Positions 49,561 through 63,978 of a DNA stretch of 64,000 nt are shown here, in pieces; position 1 is the stretch's first letter, and every line of letters starts with the position of its first letter. The notes beneath the pieces are model-generated. The model did not search any database, was not told the origin of the DNA, and saw only the letters and a program-made list of their open reading frames with translations. The DNA lies in the NCBI GenBank assembly GCA_964187785.1, contig OZ076409.1, forward strand, positions 53,818,001 to 53,882,000. The letters run 5' to 3'. The position numbers were made by a program, and so were the translations under genes. Origin of the DNA: Amphiscolops sp. MND2022. Lineage: Eukaryota.

Positions 49561-52500
49561 TAAAATTGGGTTTTCTCAATATATACCGGCAAATAATTTT
49601 TCTCAAAAGCTATATTCTAACTTTCGAAGCGTTTTCCAAGCACGAAAGACACCCTTACGGTGTTTCGAGACTGGAACTTTTTCATTAGCAAGACGCCCGC
49701 TGACCAGCAGAATATTTTCCGTCCAAACTGTTCAAGCAATGACATATTTTTGAGACTCAAGAGTAGCCATTACACTATGAAAACGCTTAGAGGTTTGATG
49801 GAAAAAGGTTTGACACTTTTTGAATAAAGTTATGCCATTTCAGAAGGAAACACTTTAAGAAGACACCAAACACCTATTTGTTTTTTTTGTCAGATTGTGT
49901 GTAACCTAACCAATCAAATTTTCTTTAAATTTGCGTGAAGTTGCCAAAAATGTCAAAAATTGTATATGGTCAATTTGTATATTTGGGGATAATGACTTTG
50001 GTATCGGTGTTATTTTGTGTTATTCCGTTGATTTCATTTTTTTTCGTCCGCCGGCGTCGTTGTAATCAGTGAGCCTGTATCAATTTCAAATTTTTTAGTT
50101 GTCCAGTTGATTTTGAACTTAGTGATGTAGCGATTTCTCTTTTTTTCTTTTTCTTTAATATATGGTGTGCTTTCATTTGAACCATGCGCTGGTTCGTCTG
50201 TATTGTTTTTCTTTTTCGATAAGTTATTTTAACGTTCATTTAATAAAAATGCTTTCATTGCTTGCCCCTGGGAAGTGGTTTTTTGTTTCAGCACTTCTTC
50301 CAGTTTGCTGGGATGCGAACCGTGCATTTTTGAGTGTTAAAAATTTGTGTTCGGTTTAATACCGAAGTTTTTAACCTTTGTTCTGGGTCTTTTACACCGT
50401 TTGTCTTTCTTTCGTCGAAATCTTTGCCCCCGGGTTTGTTTTGTTCTTCGTCTCGCTGCAGTTTTGTTTCATTCGATCAACCGTTTTCTTCAATTCTATT
50501 GTTTTCTCTTTCATCATTTTGTCTTGTAGTGGTGTTTTCAAGGGTAATGAATGTCAGGTATTTTGAGATAATTCGTTCTGCCGCGGACATCGTCTTGATG
50601 TTTCATTCTTTTTCAATGTTCTTTAGAATGTTTTAAAATTATTCTGGCGCTTTGTTCTCTGTCTGTTTTGCGCAAAAGAATTCTATGTAATCCGTTTTGA
50701 TAGTTATATCATTTAATTAGGTAGTTTTTTTCAATTTTGCCCTCAATTGTTTTCCGCTTTTGTCCTCTTGTTTAGTGCATCTGGCCTGATGCCCAAAACG
50801 AAGTCTTCTTCTAAGTAGGGTTTTATCGGTCCACCCTGTGTCTGTCATTTCTGCTCCTTTGATTTGTGGGATGATATCTATTTTTTGCTCTCTTTTTGTA
50901 AATTGCCGGAATGTCCTCAGCAACTGTCTCGGTGTGAATATCGGTTTCCGTATGCTGCATTGACTTCAACAGTTGGTACAGTTGATTTGCTACAGTTGAT
51001 TTAGAAGCCATCTTCGGTTGATGGAACTCAACGATGACAGACACCCTTTCATTACAGTTTACCAAACACATGTCAAAAGACTATTTTGTTGATGAACATA
51101 TTCATATTCTCAGCCGATTGAAAGCAATCCTTGATGGAAACATTGAATAGTTGTCGGGAAAATTGAGTTTGAATTTCGCTGTATACGCCAATTTTTTGGA
51201 TGGTCGAATGAAATTTGTGATAGTAAGTCGTGGTTCACTGAACTGGTCCTATGACATTTTGCTTTTCGTGGTATGCGATTGTGGAGGTTCAAATCATTAT
51301 GAATCAAAGTTGTTCATTTTCAACTGATATTGACAAGAAGTTTCCAGATATCACCAGTGCTAGAGACGTGGTGCCCAAAATGTGCAAAACGTGGTGAATA
51401 AGTTATTTACACCTCCGTCTAATTTCAAACGCCAGCATCTGGAAAATGATTCACCAGGCTTGTATTGTTTATTGCTGCACAAAAATTGGAAACTATTTTA
51501 CGTAAACAATTGTTTGCAGCAATCAAATGTTTTTAAAAATGAGGGCTTCGGAATGGCATTTCATAATTTTTCCCTGTGAAATGCTCAAAACTTTCTTTCA
51601 GGGAACAACTGACCATAAACTGAATTCCTTTTAAAAATAATCATCGCGTTTAAAAAATCAGACTTACCAAGACAAATTGTTCAGACGTAAATGGATAGTT
51701 TGAAGTTTCAAGAGTAATGGCTTTATTGTTGAACAGTTGCGAGCGAATTAGTGCAACTTAAAAGAAGCGAATGGAAAGCTGCTTACATAAAAGTTAAGAA
51801 GCTTGTTTGAAAAATTGGTACTCAAAATGAAAACTTTCAAGTATAAAAGAGTGAATAGGCTAATTCAATTGCTTTCTATTCAAAGCAGTTTAATTTAATG
51901 TACATCTGCTGGCTCCTCAGAGGTCGATAGCCCTTGCAATATCGATTGAACAAAATGTGCCACAAGGTTCTTGAAGTTAGCTCGGAAGCGATGTACGAAG
52001 TTAACTTTTGATGTCATTTTAGTTTGAAGCTAAACTCCCTATAAATTGTTTCTAACCTGTGATTCCTGTCCCACCAGCGAGGAAAAAGGAATGCAATTTT
52101 TGAGGAGAAGAACTAAGGACTCGTATCTTATCACAATAATGTAATGAAACCTCGAAGTATACAACACTAAAAAAAATTCAACAAGAACTAATTTTTCGGT
52201 CTCAAACGACTAAAAAAATTGTGTAAATTGAAGTCGGAAACGGATAAGTCGTTGCCCCACTTAGGGCTGAAAAAGCGCGAAGTAATTTCAAATCGATCAA
52301 AGACTCCTAAAAATTATCCAGAGGGAAGGCATTGGGCTTTTCACTAAATAAAGACCATCAAAAACTAAAGTGAAAGCTTTTTATGAGCTGGAAAAAATGT
52401 CGAAAAAAATTGAAGAGTGATAAAATATTACCCATCGCTTTTTAATTCTAACAAATATGTCAGAAAATGAGAACCTAATTTCAAAGTGGTCAAAAGTTTT

Positions 52501-52723
52501 ACATATGCTTTTATAAGTTGCAAGACAAAATTATCAGGTTTTGGGAGCTGCTTGGTGAAGTTTTCATGCTCAAAGGTTCCATGCTGCGTTACTAATTTTT
52601 CAAGTTTTCATCATGATTTCTTTAGAATTGTACGAGTTTTCAGAGGAACAGGAAAATTAAAGACAAAAGAAATGTTGCAGATTTGCTGGGCAAAACCTCC
52701 CCGGGTTGGAAACGAATCGCAGT

Positions 52724-52922
52724 CCACCGGTGGTTACCGATGATCCACCGGAGTCCCACCGGTGGACAACTGAGGTGGCATCCGCAGATTTTGCGGTGGT
52801 CCAACGGTGGAAAAATTTTGATCCCACCGGTGGTCCACCGATTATTCCACCGGTGGTCACTGAATGTTCCATCGGTGGTCACCGGTGGAAATTGATAAAC
52901 ACACCACTGACCACCACTGGTG
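52724..52922. repeat. Array of palindromic CCACCGGTGG-like units
   Basis: Read directly; related to 27722-27850. Confidence 0.75.
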
Positions 52923-54133
52923 ATAAATCAGTAACAATCCCAAGTTGGTATCCTTCCAGTATGATTTTGGGACTAATTCCATCAAAATACATGGTTTTAG
53001 ATCTTATTCTATCGGGAAATCATTATAGCCCTTTTCCACCAAAATACACTAATTTTTAGGTCTTATTCCATGAAAATACAGCGGTTTTAGATCCTGATCA
53101 GATTTTGTAAATGCAGAATGCTACACTATGACGTGAACAAGTAATCTGCGTGTGAACATATTGTATAGAGAAAATTCAAATATATTCCCGGGTTCTGTAA
53201 AGCGAAAAATTGTTTTCAAATTCTCTTTTTTCGACTACTTTGAGATCATTCGACTACTTTGGGAATATCAAAAGTAAATGAAATAGGCTGTTTTGATAAT
53301 GTAAAAGTTTTGTCAATTCATCAGCGACGAGACCAGTATTGATAGAGGCTTTTCCGAGCATTTGAGTTCAGGGACTCTGAAAAAATACTGTTTATGGAGA
53401 TAATGGTCATAAATTATTTATTTTTCATCACGAAAATAAAAAATATTCAGATAGAGTTTAGGGAAATAATTTATTTCACATACTTAAAATAATTGAAGAT
53501 AATTTTGACGGCAACAGAAAGCAAACAAAACGCGTGATCAAAATTTTTCATTTGTCAAGCAAAAAACACACCCAAGACACAACATCACACCAATGCACCT
53601 GGAAGATGAACTGCTCTTATCAATCAATAAAAACTTCTGGGTTGCCGAATTGATTTCCTGCATAATGTAATTTAAGTTTTGCTATTCAAATTGATTTGGA
53701 ATCTTACCATTATTTCCTTTAATTTTTTTCTTGGGGAAATTATTTATTTTTTGAGAAATATTGAGGAATTTATTGATGACATTACATTCATACAATTCGA
53801 TTATTTTTACGGAGTCCTTGTTTGAGTTTGAAATTTTGAAGATGATATAAATCAATAGGGTTTGAAGAGAATACAGACAATTTATATAATTAGTCTACCG
53901 TATTGTCTATCATTTGTACTTATTAAATACCAACCTATGATGCTCTTTTATTAAATACCTGCCACTTTAGTGCAGATGATACCCCATCATAGAGTATTGG
54001 TAATAAGCTAGAATACAGTTGAGTTTATATGAAAACATCTCTTTGATATCGATGAGCTAGAATACAATATGGCGCAGTCAGAATAGCCTCAAAGCTATAC
54101 ACGAACCACCCAAAACAACAGACACCATTCATT

Positions 54134-55048
54134 ATGGAAGAAAATAGAAGAGACGGAGAAAGCACACAGATGTCAACGGGAACGCAGCAAGGTAGACAAG
54201 TACTACCGAACGAGACAATGAACAGGACGGTTGACCGGACCTGCACCCAAAAGATCACCATTCCCACGCTAGAAAAGCAAGACCAAGCCAATGCAAGTAT
54301 GTGGTGGAGAAAAATCGTCCAATACATAAAAATGACGAAGGAAATAGATTTGTCAATTATGACAAACAGTAAAGAGATCTTACCACAATACCGTGACCAA
54401 CTCGAAACAGATATAAAAGACATTTTTATCTGGGCAATCAGACAAAATGCTATCACGGAAATGACAAAAACGGTCAGGGAAAGAGAACCGAGCTCACTAC
54501 CACTATACAAACTCTACACACTTTTCAGACTACATTTCACACCAGAAAGAAACGTACACCACAGCAGAGCCGATTTCTTTGACTTGAAACGGGAACACGA
54601 CGAAACTGCAGCAGATGTATGGAAACGGATACTGGATGTAGAAAAGAACTGCGAGTTCGAAACAATTACCGCAGCAGAACTCCTAGCATCAAAATTTTTG
54701 TCACTAATCGGTAAATCAACCGGTGATTATGATTCAAAAAAGAAAATCAGAAAAAGTGACTTGTCTGTGGAAGCAATAACTGACGCAATACATGAATACA
54801 TGTATGAAAAATTGAACGACTCACCTGAAACAGAAGAAGAAAAGAAAATCCGGTACGTAAATAGACGAAAAACGAAAGCCACAAAGGAACAACTAGAAAA
54901 ACCGGTAAAATTCAAGAAAATTGACTGTAACCATTGCGGAGCACCAAACTGGTCACGTCAACACAAATGTCCCGCCAGAGGAAAGAAATGCGCAAAGTGT
55001 GTAAAACTGGCCACTTTGCCAAAAGCTGCCGCTCAAATAGAAAAGTGA
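54134..55048 (+). pseudogene. gag: Gag of element D
   Basis: CNHCG....H.CPARGKKCAKC knuckle region typical of Mag-like gag; frameshift in the second knuckle. Confidence 0.85.
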
Positions 55049-55115
55049 ACCACTTAATGGAAGGCAAACAAGCAGTGCCGGTGAAGAAGACTCGACGCCA
55101 AACACAATCCATTAA

Positions 55116-58100
55116 GTGAAACAAAAGATACATTCAACCCGGCCAACGAATAACAATGGACCCGAATTCTCTACAGTCAACGCATTGGTCAACAACCGAC
55201 CAATCAAATTCATCATATACAGCGGTTCCCCAGTAACGCTGATATCAAAATCACAATTCAACAAAATAACACCGTTACGCCCTCTGGAAACGGAATACAG
55301 GGACGTAAATGACAACCGAATACGATTCGAAGGGAAAACAACTGCGAAAGTAGAAATCAACGGAACTCGAAAGAAATAAGAACTCCTAGTAACAAGGGAA
55401 CAAAAGAACCCCCCTACTAGGTTTGGACTGGATGAAAAAATTGGGATAAACACTGGAGACCGGCAAAACCGTCCCACACGTACATCAAACAAAAGAGTAC
55501 CCGGATGTAACAAAACTAAAAACAAAATTCAAAAAAATATTTACCGAAAATCACACGGTAAACAGGCTAGAAGTGAAAATACAACTGGAAGAAGACGCAA
55601 AAATGATACAGCAGAAAGGAAGACCCATACCGATACAATTACAACAATCGGTGGGAAAAGAAACAGAGAAACTGATAAAACAAGGCCAGATCGAAAAAGC
55701 CAATACCATCGACGAGAATTGTTTTGTGAGCCCAGCAGTTATTACGGTAAAGAAAGATGAGTCCGTAAAAATTGCCTTAGACTCAAGAAAACTCAACGAA
55801 ATAACCGTGAAACGAAAAGCGCAAATGCCGAACATGGAGGAATTAATCTCAAGAACATCGAGAAAATTAGCAGATGGCCCAGCGGACGAAATTTGGATTT
55901 CCAAATTCGATTTAGACTACGCATACGGCCAGCTAATACTCTCGAGAGCAGCCAGAAACCTGTGCATCTTCGCCGTGACCGGAGGAAATTTCACCGGTTA
56001 CTACCGTTTCCGCTAGGATTTTACGGGTTAGCGAACATACCGACCATCTTCCAGGAAAAAATTGACCAGACACTGGAGAACAAACACCCAGCATGGTTAG
56101 ACGACATCATTGTTGTAACAAAAGGTTCCGAAGAAGAACATATGAGAGAACTGATCGACGTCCTAACAAAACTCGAAAACGCCGGGTATAGATTGAGCGA
56201 AACAAAATCCGAATTTTTCAAAACGGAGATTGAATGGATCGGTCACCGAATTGATCAGGTCGGAATCCGACCATTACAAGACAAGCTATTGGCGATAAAA
56301 GAACTGAAACAACCGAACAACGAGGAAGAATTAAAATCATTCTTGGGAGCCATTCAGTATTTATCAAAATACATTGACAACCTTTCCGTCCAAACAGACA
56401 GTTTGAGATCGCTTTTGAAAAAGAACAATAATTGGATCTGGACAGAAGAACACACACTAGCCTTTGAAAACTTGAAACAAAAAATCACGGAAATACCGTG
56501 TCTGGCACACTATAATTCCGATTATCCAAACGTAATAAACAACCGACGCAAGCACCAAAGGCCTAGGGGCAACTCTTTGGCAGGAACAACCGAACGGAAG
56601 TTTAAAACCTATCGGTTTCGCGAGTCGTTTCTTATCAGATACAGAAAAAAAATATGCGATAAACGAACTCGAACTATTGGCAGTAGTGTGGGGTTTAAAA
56701 CACTTCCGTCTATATATTTACGGTAAACAAATTAAACTCTTGACGGATCATCAAGCATTAGAGCCACTAATTAAACGAAATCGCTCTAACAAAACCAATA
56801 GCGCACGCTTAACACGGTGGTTGGACCGGTTAGCTCATTTCACAATCAACGTAAACCATATAGCCGGCAAACACTTAGCACTTACGGACTATCTAAGCAG
56901 AAGTCCGGTATTACCACCACAAGCAGACGATACATATGACGAAGAATACGTAATTAACAACATTCTACCACACTACAGCTTCATCTCCAAATACGGTTGC
57001 CTTAGCAACCATTTGAACCAATCAGAAAACGCTACCCAGCAAAATGAATGCAAAGCAATCAATAAGCCACGGACAAACGACGCGCGTCAACAAACCGCCA
57101 TTGATTGCCTTTACAGCGATACATACACACGCTCAAGTTCAAACAACGTGAATAACATTCAGCATACCAAATTAACAATGGATGTCAAAACGATAGAAAA
57201 TATCGAAACAAAATATAATTCCGCCGAAATAACCAAGTTAACCACCCGGTGGAAAAAAATCGTCAAACTCGGGATTTACCGCATGACCGGGGGAAGATGG
57301 AAACGCTACCATGAGCCCAAATTCCTTCGCAACGAGAGAAAAGTGATTGAAGAACGGCTGCAATTACTTATCAACAACTGGCCTCAAGAAGACCTTAGAC
57401 AGAATATTGGTCCACAGAACAAAGGAGGCTACCAACCGCAGACCGGTCACCACGAACAATGGACTGTAGATCCATTCTGGGAAATGGACCGACCAACCCC
57501 AGTCCAACAACACCAGTCAGACAGACCTGGCACATCTTCAGCAACGACTCCGATGGAAGAAGGTGAAATAGACTCCGAGACGGACCAAGACCCATCGGTC
57601 CTAGAAGTACAGGCGAAAATTGGGCACGTTGCGTCGGAGTAAAGAGTGTTCAATACGCAAAGATGGGACACGCACCCCGAACTTCGGTCGAAGAAAAAAA
57701 CGACTGGAATCTAGAGCAGGCAGTACGCGAGACGGAAAAGAATTGTTCTACGGACCTACAATTGCTCATGAACGAGACTACGAAGGATCCAAATTTGCTA
57801 AAAATTTTGATGTGCCTCGAAAGACAACAGCATGAGATGATACCAGACGAATACCAATTGCATAGAAGGAAACTGTCAAGCCGGTTTGGTCTTGTCTTCA
57901 TGGAAGACAGACTCATCGTCCCCAAGAACCTCCGAACCACAGTAATCAGCCTTCTACACAAGGGACATCCAGCCATCAACAAGATGACTTTAGCAGCCCG
58001 ACACTTCTGGTGGCCAAAGATGTCCGATGCAATCCAAAAGAAGTGCGAAGCTTGAATCCCTTGCAAAATGTCTGGTAGGAGTATAAAACCTTACATACCC

Positions 58101-59785
58101 AGCACGGATAAAATAATCTACCCCCGGTGAATAGTCCGAACGAAGAAATCCATTTGGATTTCAACGCACCAATCACAGATAACCATCGCCGATTCTATAT
58201 CTTACTGTACATTGACCGGTATAGCAAATGGTTTCTGCGAATACACTGACGGAGAAACGGCGGTAAAATTTCTCGAACAATATATTCAGCTGAACGGTAT
58301 ACCGAAGACAATTAGAACAGATAAGGCAACCGCGTTCACGGGTCGTCTTTTTCGAGACTTCTGCAAAAAACATTACATCAAATTGATATACGGAACACCG
58401 TATATCCAGACTCCCACAGGCTTAGTAGAACGGGAAGTCCGAACACTAAAAGAAAACCTTTTAACGAATATTAAGGCAAGCGAACGGCTCGGAAAGGCCT
58501 TAGACCTATCGTTAAACGTCATGAGAAAAACACCCCACACGAAATTGAAGAAATCAGCATTCGAACTACATTACGGCCGAAAACCAAATACGGAAATAAC
58601 TAACTTACTAAACTCGGATAACCTAAAAAACCTAACAAAAGATTCTATTTTAGCGAAACCCGATACCTTACAGGTATACTCATTCAGCGGAGTTGACGGT
58701 GTGTCTGATCAGCTACCGATGAAGACAAGAAAAAACGATAAAGGAATTAGTAACCAACCTTTCCTTTTCTTAGAAAAAAACACCAAAAATCTAAATTCGA
58801 AAGCGGTTATAGCAACCAACCGAATATAGCTATTTCGGAAACAAACCACAACGTAACAACGCCCAACGGTAGAGTAATACACAAGAAATGTATTAGTAAA
58901 CCTATCTATGATTTTAATCAGGACTGCAACAACAACAGAGAAACTGGACCGAGGAGACCGGACGGCCGGTTTACAAGATCACCATCAAAACAGAAGAGGG
59001 TATACGTGATCGAGTCAGACATCGAGCCCGAGACCTCACCAGTAGAGAACAACAGCCCTATCGCTCTGGACCAGTCAGACAACGCGACGGTAAAAAGGAG
59101 CCCATACGGACGAGGAAGACCATTGAAGCTGACAAGAGACCGGCAGAACTCAAGCCACCACCAATCCCCACCGGGAGAAACGAGCAATACCGGTCCACTC
59201 ACCATTACCGCCGCCAATATGACAGACACGGAGATCGACCGTGCTATTGAGGACGCTAGACAAGCGAACGATGAGCTTTTTATCAGGGATGATAACGGTA
59301 AGGTGTTCGAAAATCTTACTTCCTTCCCTAAAACGGGGGAAGAGAACAACTTTGAAAATTCAGAATTAGACTTGGCCAGCAATCTGAGTTCTAGCACCGA
59401 ATTAGAAGCAGATATTAAACACGGCGAAGAAAAAACAATACGCAGATCAAAACGGCTAACAAAAACCAACCACATTATTAGATATAATAATCCAATATGT
59501 CATGATTACAGGCAACACCGTCAAAAGGCTAAACTCGGAAGTACCGAACCAAATGGAAATGGAGACGAACAGTCCCAACTAAACCAAACAACGGATAACA
59601 GATTGACATCACGGGCCAACAATCACCATGACAACCACAAAAGCGAGGATCGGTTATCCGTCCATAAACAACTGGACCATTGGAGGAATTACCGCCATAC
59701 AGTAGAAGAACAGCACCCCATTGGCCGAACGATAGCCAATTGTGAGAGGGGGAATGAAGAGAATACAGACAATTTATATAATTAG
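55116..59785 (+). pseudogene. pol: Pol of element D (PR, RT, RH, IN, long C-terminal tail), frameshifted
   Basis: IIYSGS (PR, D to Y); ALDSRKLN, SKFDLDYAYGQL, WLDD (RT); LLTDHQAL (RH); LHKGH...WWP, IRTDKA, LVERE (IN). Confidence 0.9.
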
Positions 59786-60541
59786 TCTACCGTATTGTCT
59801 ATCATTTGTACTTATTATATACCAACCTATGATGCTCTTTTATTAAATACCTGCCACTTTAGTGCAGATGAGACCCCATCATAGAGTATTGGTAATAAGC
59901 TAGAATACAGTTGAGTTTATATGAATACATCTCTTTGATATCGATGAGCTAGAATACAACGGGGTTCATTGAAAAAATCGATTTTTTCAGAAAATTATAG
60001 AATGATCTAAACAATTGTCTCCTTCAAATTTTTTCTGTCAATATTTCAAACAGGAGCTCTAATTACGTAATACCTTGTGGTCTTTTGCTCTTCTTTAGAA
60101 AAGATCTCTTAATCTTCTTCCGGAACATTTTGTAGAGCTATTTTGGTTTAAGTGGACCGGATTTCGTTGAAACCTGTTACCCAAAACGTTCAGTCAAAAC
60201 TTTGCTCATACTATTGCGCACAATAATCGAAACTCGTTTCCATTTTTGTTCGTTCCGTATGTCACAGCACTGTCGTTTTAGCTAAATAAAACGTTGTCCA
60301 TTTTCGTCGTGTTCGTGGGTTGTGGCGTTTTTAGTTTTCTGACTTTTGAATTTATGGTTTTTTGGCCGATTTCACCCTCCAAAACACACCTAAAAAAGTT
60401 GCGATCGGAATAATTCATGCCTTTCTGCGGAGGGAGTCAACCCAATATCCCCCAGCCAAATAAATGACTGAGTCCGGCCGATTTCGCCCAATCTACTGAA
60501 ACTTTCTATTAAAACTTAGACTTAACTTTTATGTTCATGTA

Positions 60542-61945
60542 CCCTAGTCGAACTCCCATACATTTCTTGCAAGAATCTGTCAGATTTCACTTCCAAGATC
60601 TTGGAAGACAATGCATTATTCTTGCAGGTATCTTGGAAGATCTTGGAAGATAATGTCTGGTCTTGCAAGATCTTGCAAGAAAATATCTGATCTTGGAAGT
60701 AACTTGGAAGAAAATGCCTGATCTTGGAAGTAACTTGGAAGAAAATGTCTGAACTTGGAAGTATCTTGGAAGAAAATGCCTGAACCTTGAGAGGAGTAAC
60801 TTGGAAGAAAATGCTTGAATCTTGAAAGTAAATTGAAAAAAGAGTCTGAAAATTAACAAATGAAAGTTTTTTACAGCATCAGCAAAACAAATATAGATGA
60901 AGATAAAAATGTACACGTATTCAAAGATTAAGAGTTCGTTCGACATATGTGATTCAAGTTTGTTGTTTCTGTCAAGTGGACCGAATGTCCAAACTTCACA
61001 AGTAAAAGACTACCTTCTGGGCTGCACCTGTTGTATAGCAAGCAGTAGCAGAAATTGTTCACACCTGTACAGTTTCTGGATGAACTGACGTATGTTTCAT
61101 CTCACTGTACATGTACACTTGAGTAGCTCCTTCATCAAGATCCTCGCAAGTTAGGGCACAGCTCAGACGGCTGTCCTAGCTAGGTCCTACCTATGTCACC
61201 ATCGTGTCAAACGAACAGCACCCAAACGCGGTAGTTCTAAAATGAACAAATCATATTTCAACATCTTCAGTCAGAGTTAAGTCCGTTCGACTCCATATAC
61301 GAGACATTTACATCAATTTAGCGGCTAAAACCCCGGTTAATTGTCCTAGATCGGCGTAAACTTTCCTGAATGGAATTCCATTAGTTGTCGGCTTCCTTTG
61401 AAAATGGCTTGTTTATTCTTCATCATCACTCACTCCAAGAGACTCTCGAACTGTTGTCAACAAGTTGACTCGACTCAAGAGGGTAATTAACAGCGCGCTT
61501 GAGGGTAGTTAACGGCACGCGTCGCATAACTTCTTCCAAGATGGCTTGGTTCTTGGTTCAAAATTCTTGCTTGGTTTAAAATTCGTGGTCACATTTAAGT
61601 CCGCGCGACTACATATACGAGACATTTACATTCAGTTTGAACATATTCCTGGTTTGAAATTGGAAAAAAGCCTTGTTGTTTCCCGTACATTCCAGACATT
61701 TTCTTGCAGAATATCTTCAAGTTTCAGACATTGTCTTGCAAGATCCGTCCAAGAATCTTGCAAGAAATGTCTTGACCTGCAAGAATCTTGCAAGAAACGT
61801 CTCAATCTGCAAGAAATTTCTGATCTGCAAGAATCTGACAGGTTTGTCTGAAATCCAAGATTCTTGCAAGATTCTTGCAGATAGTGTCTGAAATATATCA
61901 CTTCTGCAAGATTCTTGCAAGAAATGTATGGGAGTTCGACTGGGG
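60542..61945. mobile_element. Non-autonomous TIR DNA transposon, 1.4 kb, TA flanks
   Basis: TIR CCCTAGTCGAACTCCCATACATTTCTTGCAAGAATCT matched at the right end with one mismatch; TA at 60540 and 61946; subterminal CTTGCAAG / CTTGGAAG arrays. Confidence 0.85.
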
Positions 61946-61956
61946 TATAGATTACC

Positions 61957-62482
61957 TTTTTACTCGGCGTATTCGAAGAAAAACCCGACTCTTACAGTGG
62001 CTAGTTTTTTTCGTCACTTCAACGCGATAGGTCCACTTTTTGTGCATTATGCACTTTTACCGTATGTACTTAGTACTTCATTTTCAACGCATCCAAAGCC
62101 TCTAACATGAGATAAAAAGCCATTCCAAAGCTTTTTTTTCGACAGTATGAGACTTTTTCCCTTTTTTGGCACTGAGATTGTTCAACTTTCTCATTTTTTT
62201 CCAAAATTTCTTTATTGCTCCAAAGGGTCTCCCCATCATTTTTTTGATATTTTGCAACAGAATGGATGTTCAAAAAAACCCAAAGGGTCCCCCCTTTTAC
62301 ATCTTTCGGCACTATGCGGCTTATTGGAAACTTCAAAAAAAATTTCGAAAAAAAATTCGGAAAAATTTTTCCTCAATTTTTAGTTTTTTGAGAGCTTTTG
62401 TTGTCTCCAGTTGTAGAAAAAGTGGTTTTCGATTCTTATTGAGCCTTTGATATGGCGCCGTCTTGGGCCGTTCCCGGCTTGT
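61957..62482 (+). mobile_element. Helitron-like repeat family copy
   Basis: Shared 5' motif and 3' end GGCGCCG...GTTCCCGGCTTGT. Confidence 0.55.
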
Positions 62483-62755
62483 TATGTTTTTACGTGACGT
62501 AATATTGACAGAGGCGGAATTTTATTTTCGGAATTTTGAAACTCATTTTCTATGTTGCCATCCCAGATTTTACTATACATACCCAGATTTTAGATTCACG
62601 TTTTAGCATCTGATCATTATGCTATAAACCAGTTAAACCAGTTGTTTCTGCACAGATACAAAAAGCGCTTATCTCATTTTGTTGAAGTATTACCCAGACT
62701 AGGTTGATGGCAGAAAAAATGCCAATTCAATATTAGAGCAAACTCCTCTTTTATA

Positions 62756-63060
62756 ACACCTTCTACTGGGAACCAGAAAGCAGATGAAAATATATCGCCA
62801 ATCAGACGTATTGTCAGATTTGCAAGAACTGAACGTGATATTTTGAAACTACGGCGTAAATCTTTCGCAAGAGCATCTGATACTGACCTGTTGTCCAGTT
62901 TACCACGAGAAGAAAAAAAATCAAGTTGAGAAAATTTTAGATCAATGATAAACTCTAATGGTGCAGATAACAGTGAAAGGGCATAAAAAACATTTTCGCT
63001 CTAACTGGAGAGTTAAATAATCAAAATTCCAGGAAGTTAGAGAAGATGAGAACCTTAGTT
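62756..63060 (+). pseudogene. Old relic of the LTR-encoded gag N-terminus (B-like)
   Basis: TPSTGNQKADENIS-RQSDVLSDLQELNVI vs MPSTRKQKAKERRSRQLDIMSDVENVDVM; LTGELNNQNSRKL vs INEEISNQVSRRL. Confidence 0.6.
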
Positions 63061-63479
63061 GAAACTGCTTGAAACTTTTACATGATTTTATAGGCTACCA
63101 AGCACTTTTAGCATGATTTTTAGAGTTTCATCGAGAATCATCAAATATTTCCCTGATGCAATGCTATTTCTTTGAGTATTTATTAGGATTTCTATACCAT
63201 TTGGCGGGTTGTCAGAGCAACATCAACGAAGTTCAAGAGAAACTCCCTGCAAAATTTTCCGTTTTGCGGGCAAAACCTCAACTTTTGCGAGTGCTGAAGC
63301 TACTATATGATGTAAACAAAATTTTTGCGTGTACCAGTGTGGCAAACAAATTCGTAAAATTTTTAGAATCTTTCGATGGAATTTTTTTTGCTTGGAAACT
63401 GTTACAAACGGCAATTATTACAGCTTCCTGAGTTGGGCAAAGCGAAAACCTGTTGAATAAAGGCAGTTTAATTTTGTTC

Positions 63480-63978
63480 TTTTTTAGTCGGCGCTTTTCT
63501 TAAGAAAAGAGCCCGACTATTACAGTCACTCGTTTTTTTTCTTTTTTTTTATTTAAGACAGACTCGAAGCGACGAACGTTAAAAATAACGTTCGACTACT
63601 AAATACAGTACTACTAAAACACTGGCAGCGCATTTGAGATAGTGCAAAGGGTCCCCCCTTTCAGTAAGTCCATTTTTATCGTAAGATACAAAACAGGACG
63701 AGACTATAGGGTCCCCCCTTTGAGTTTTTTTCGGCATTGTGCGACTTTTTTTCGAAATTTTTTTTGTCCCCAAAGGGTCCCCCCTTCGAGTTTTTTGATA
63801 TTTTGCAACGGAATGTATGTTATTGAATCCAGAAGGGTCCCCCTTTTACATTTTTCGGAACTATGCGACTTTTTTTGAAAGAAAAAAATTTTTCAAAAAT
63901 TTCAATTTTTTCGAAAAAAAATCTTTTGCGCTTTTTGAGCCTTAGATATGGCGCCGACTTTAGACGTTCCCGTCTTGT
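63480..63978 (+). mobile_element. Helitron-like repeat family copy, apparently complete
   Basis: 5' hairpin CTTTTCTTAAGAAAAG, internal AAGGGTCCCC subrepeats, 3' CTTGT end; no TIR or TSD. Confidence 0.55.

Larger units (their letters stand above)
53863..59961 (+). mobile_element. Ty3/Gypsy (Mag-like) element D, 6.1 kb, 207-bp LTRs
   Basis: LTRs 53863-54069 and 59755-59961; TSD GGGTT (53858-53862, 59962-59966); PBS TGGCGCAGTC at 54070 (tRNA-Ser-like); PPT GAGAGGGGGAA at 59744-59754. Confidence 0.93.

Noticed and set aside
50560..51300. hAT C-terminal relic on the minus strand (MSAAERIIS)
   Set aside because: Single weak motif amid stops; insufficient support
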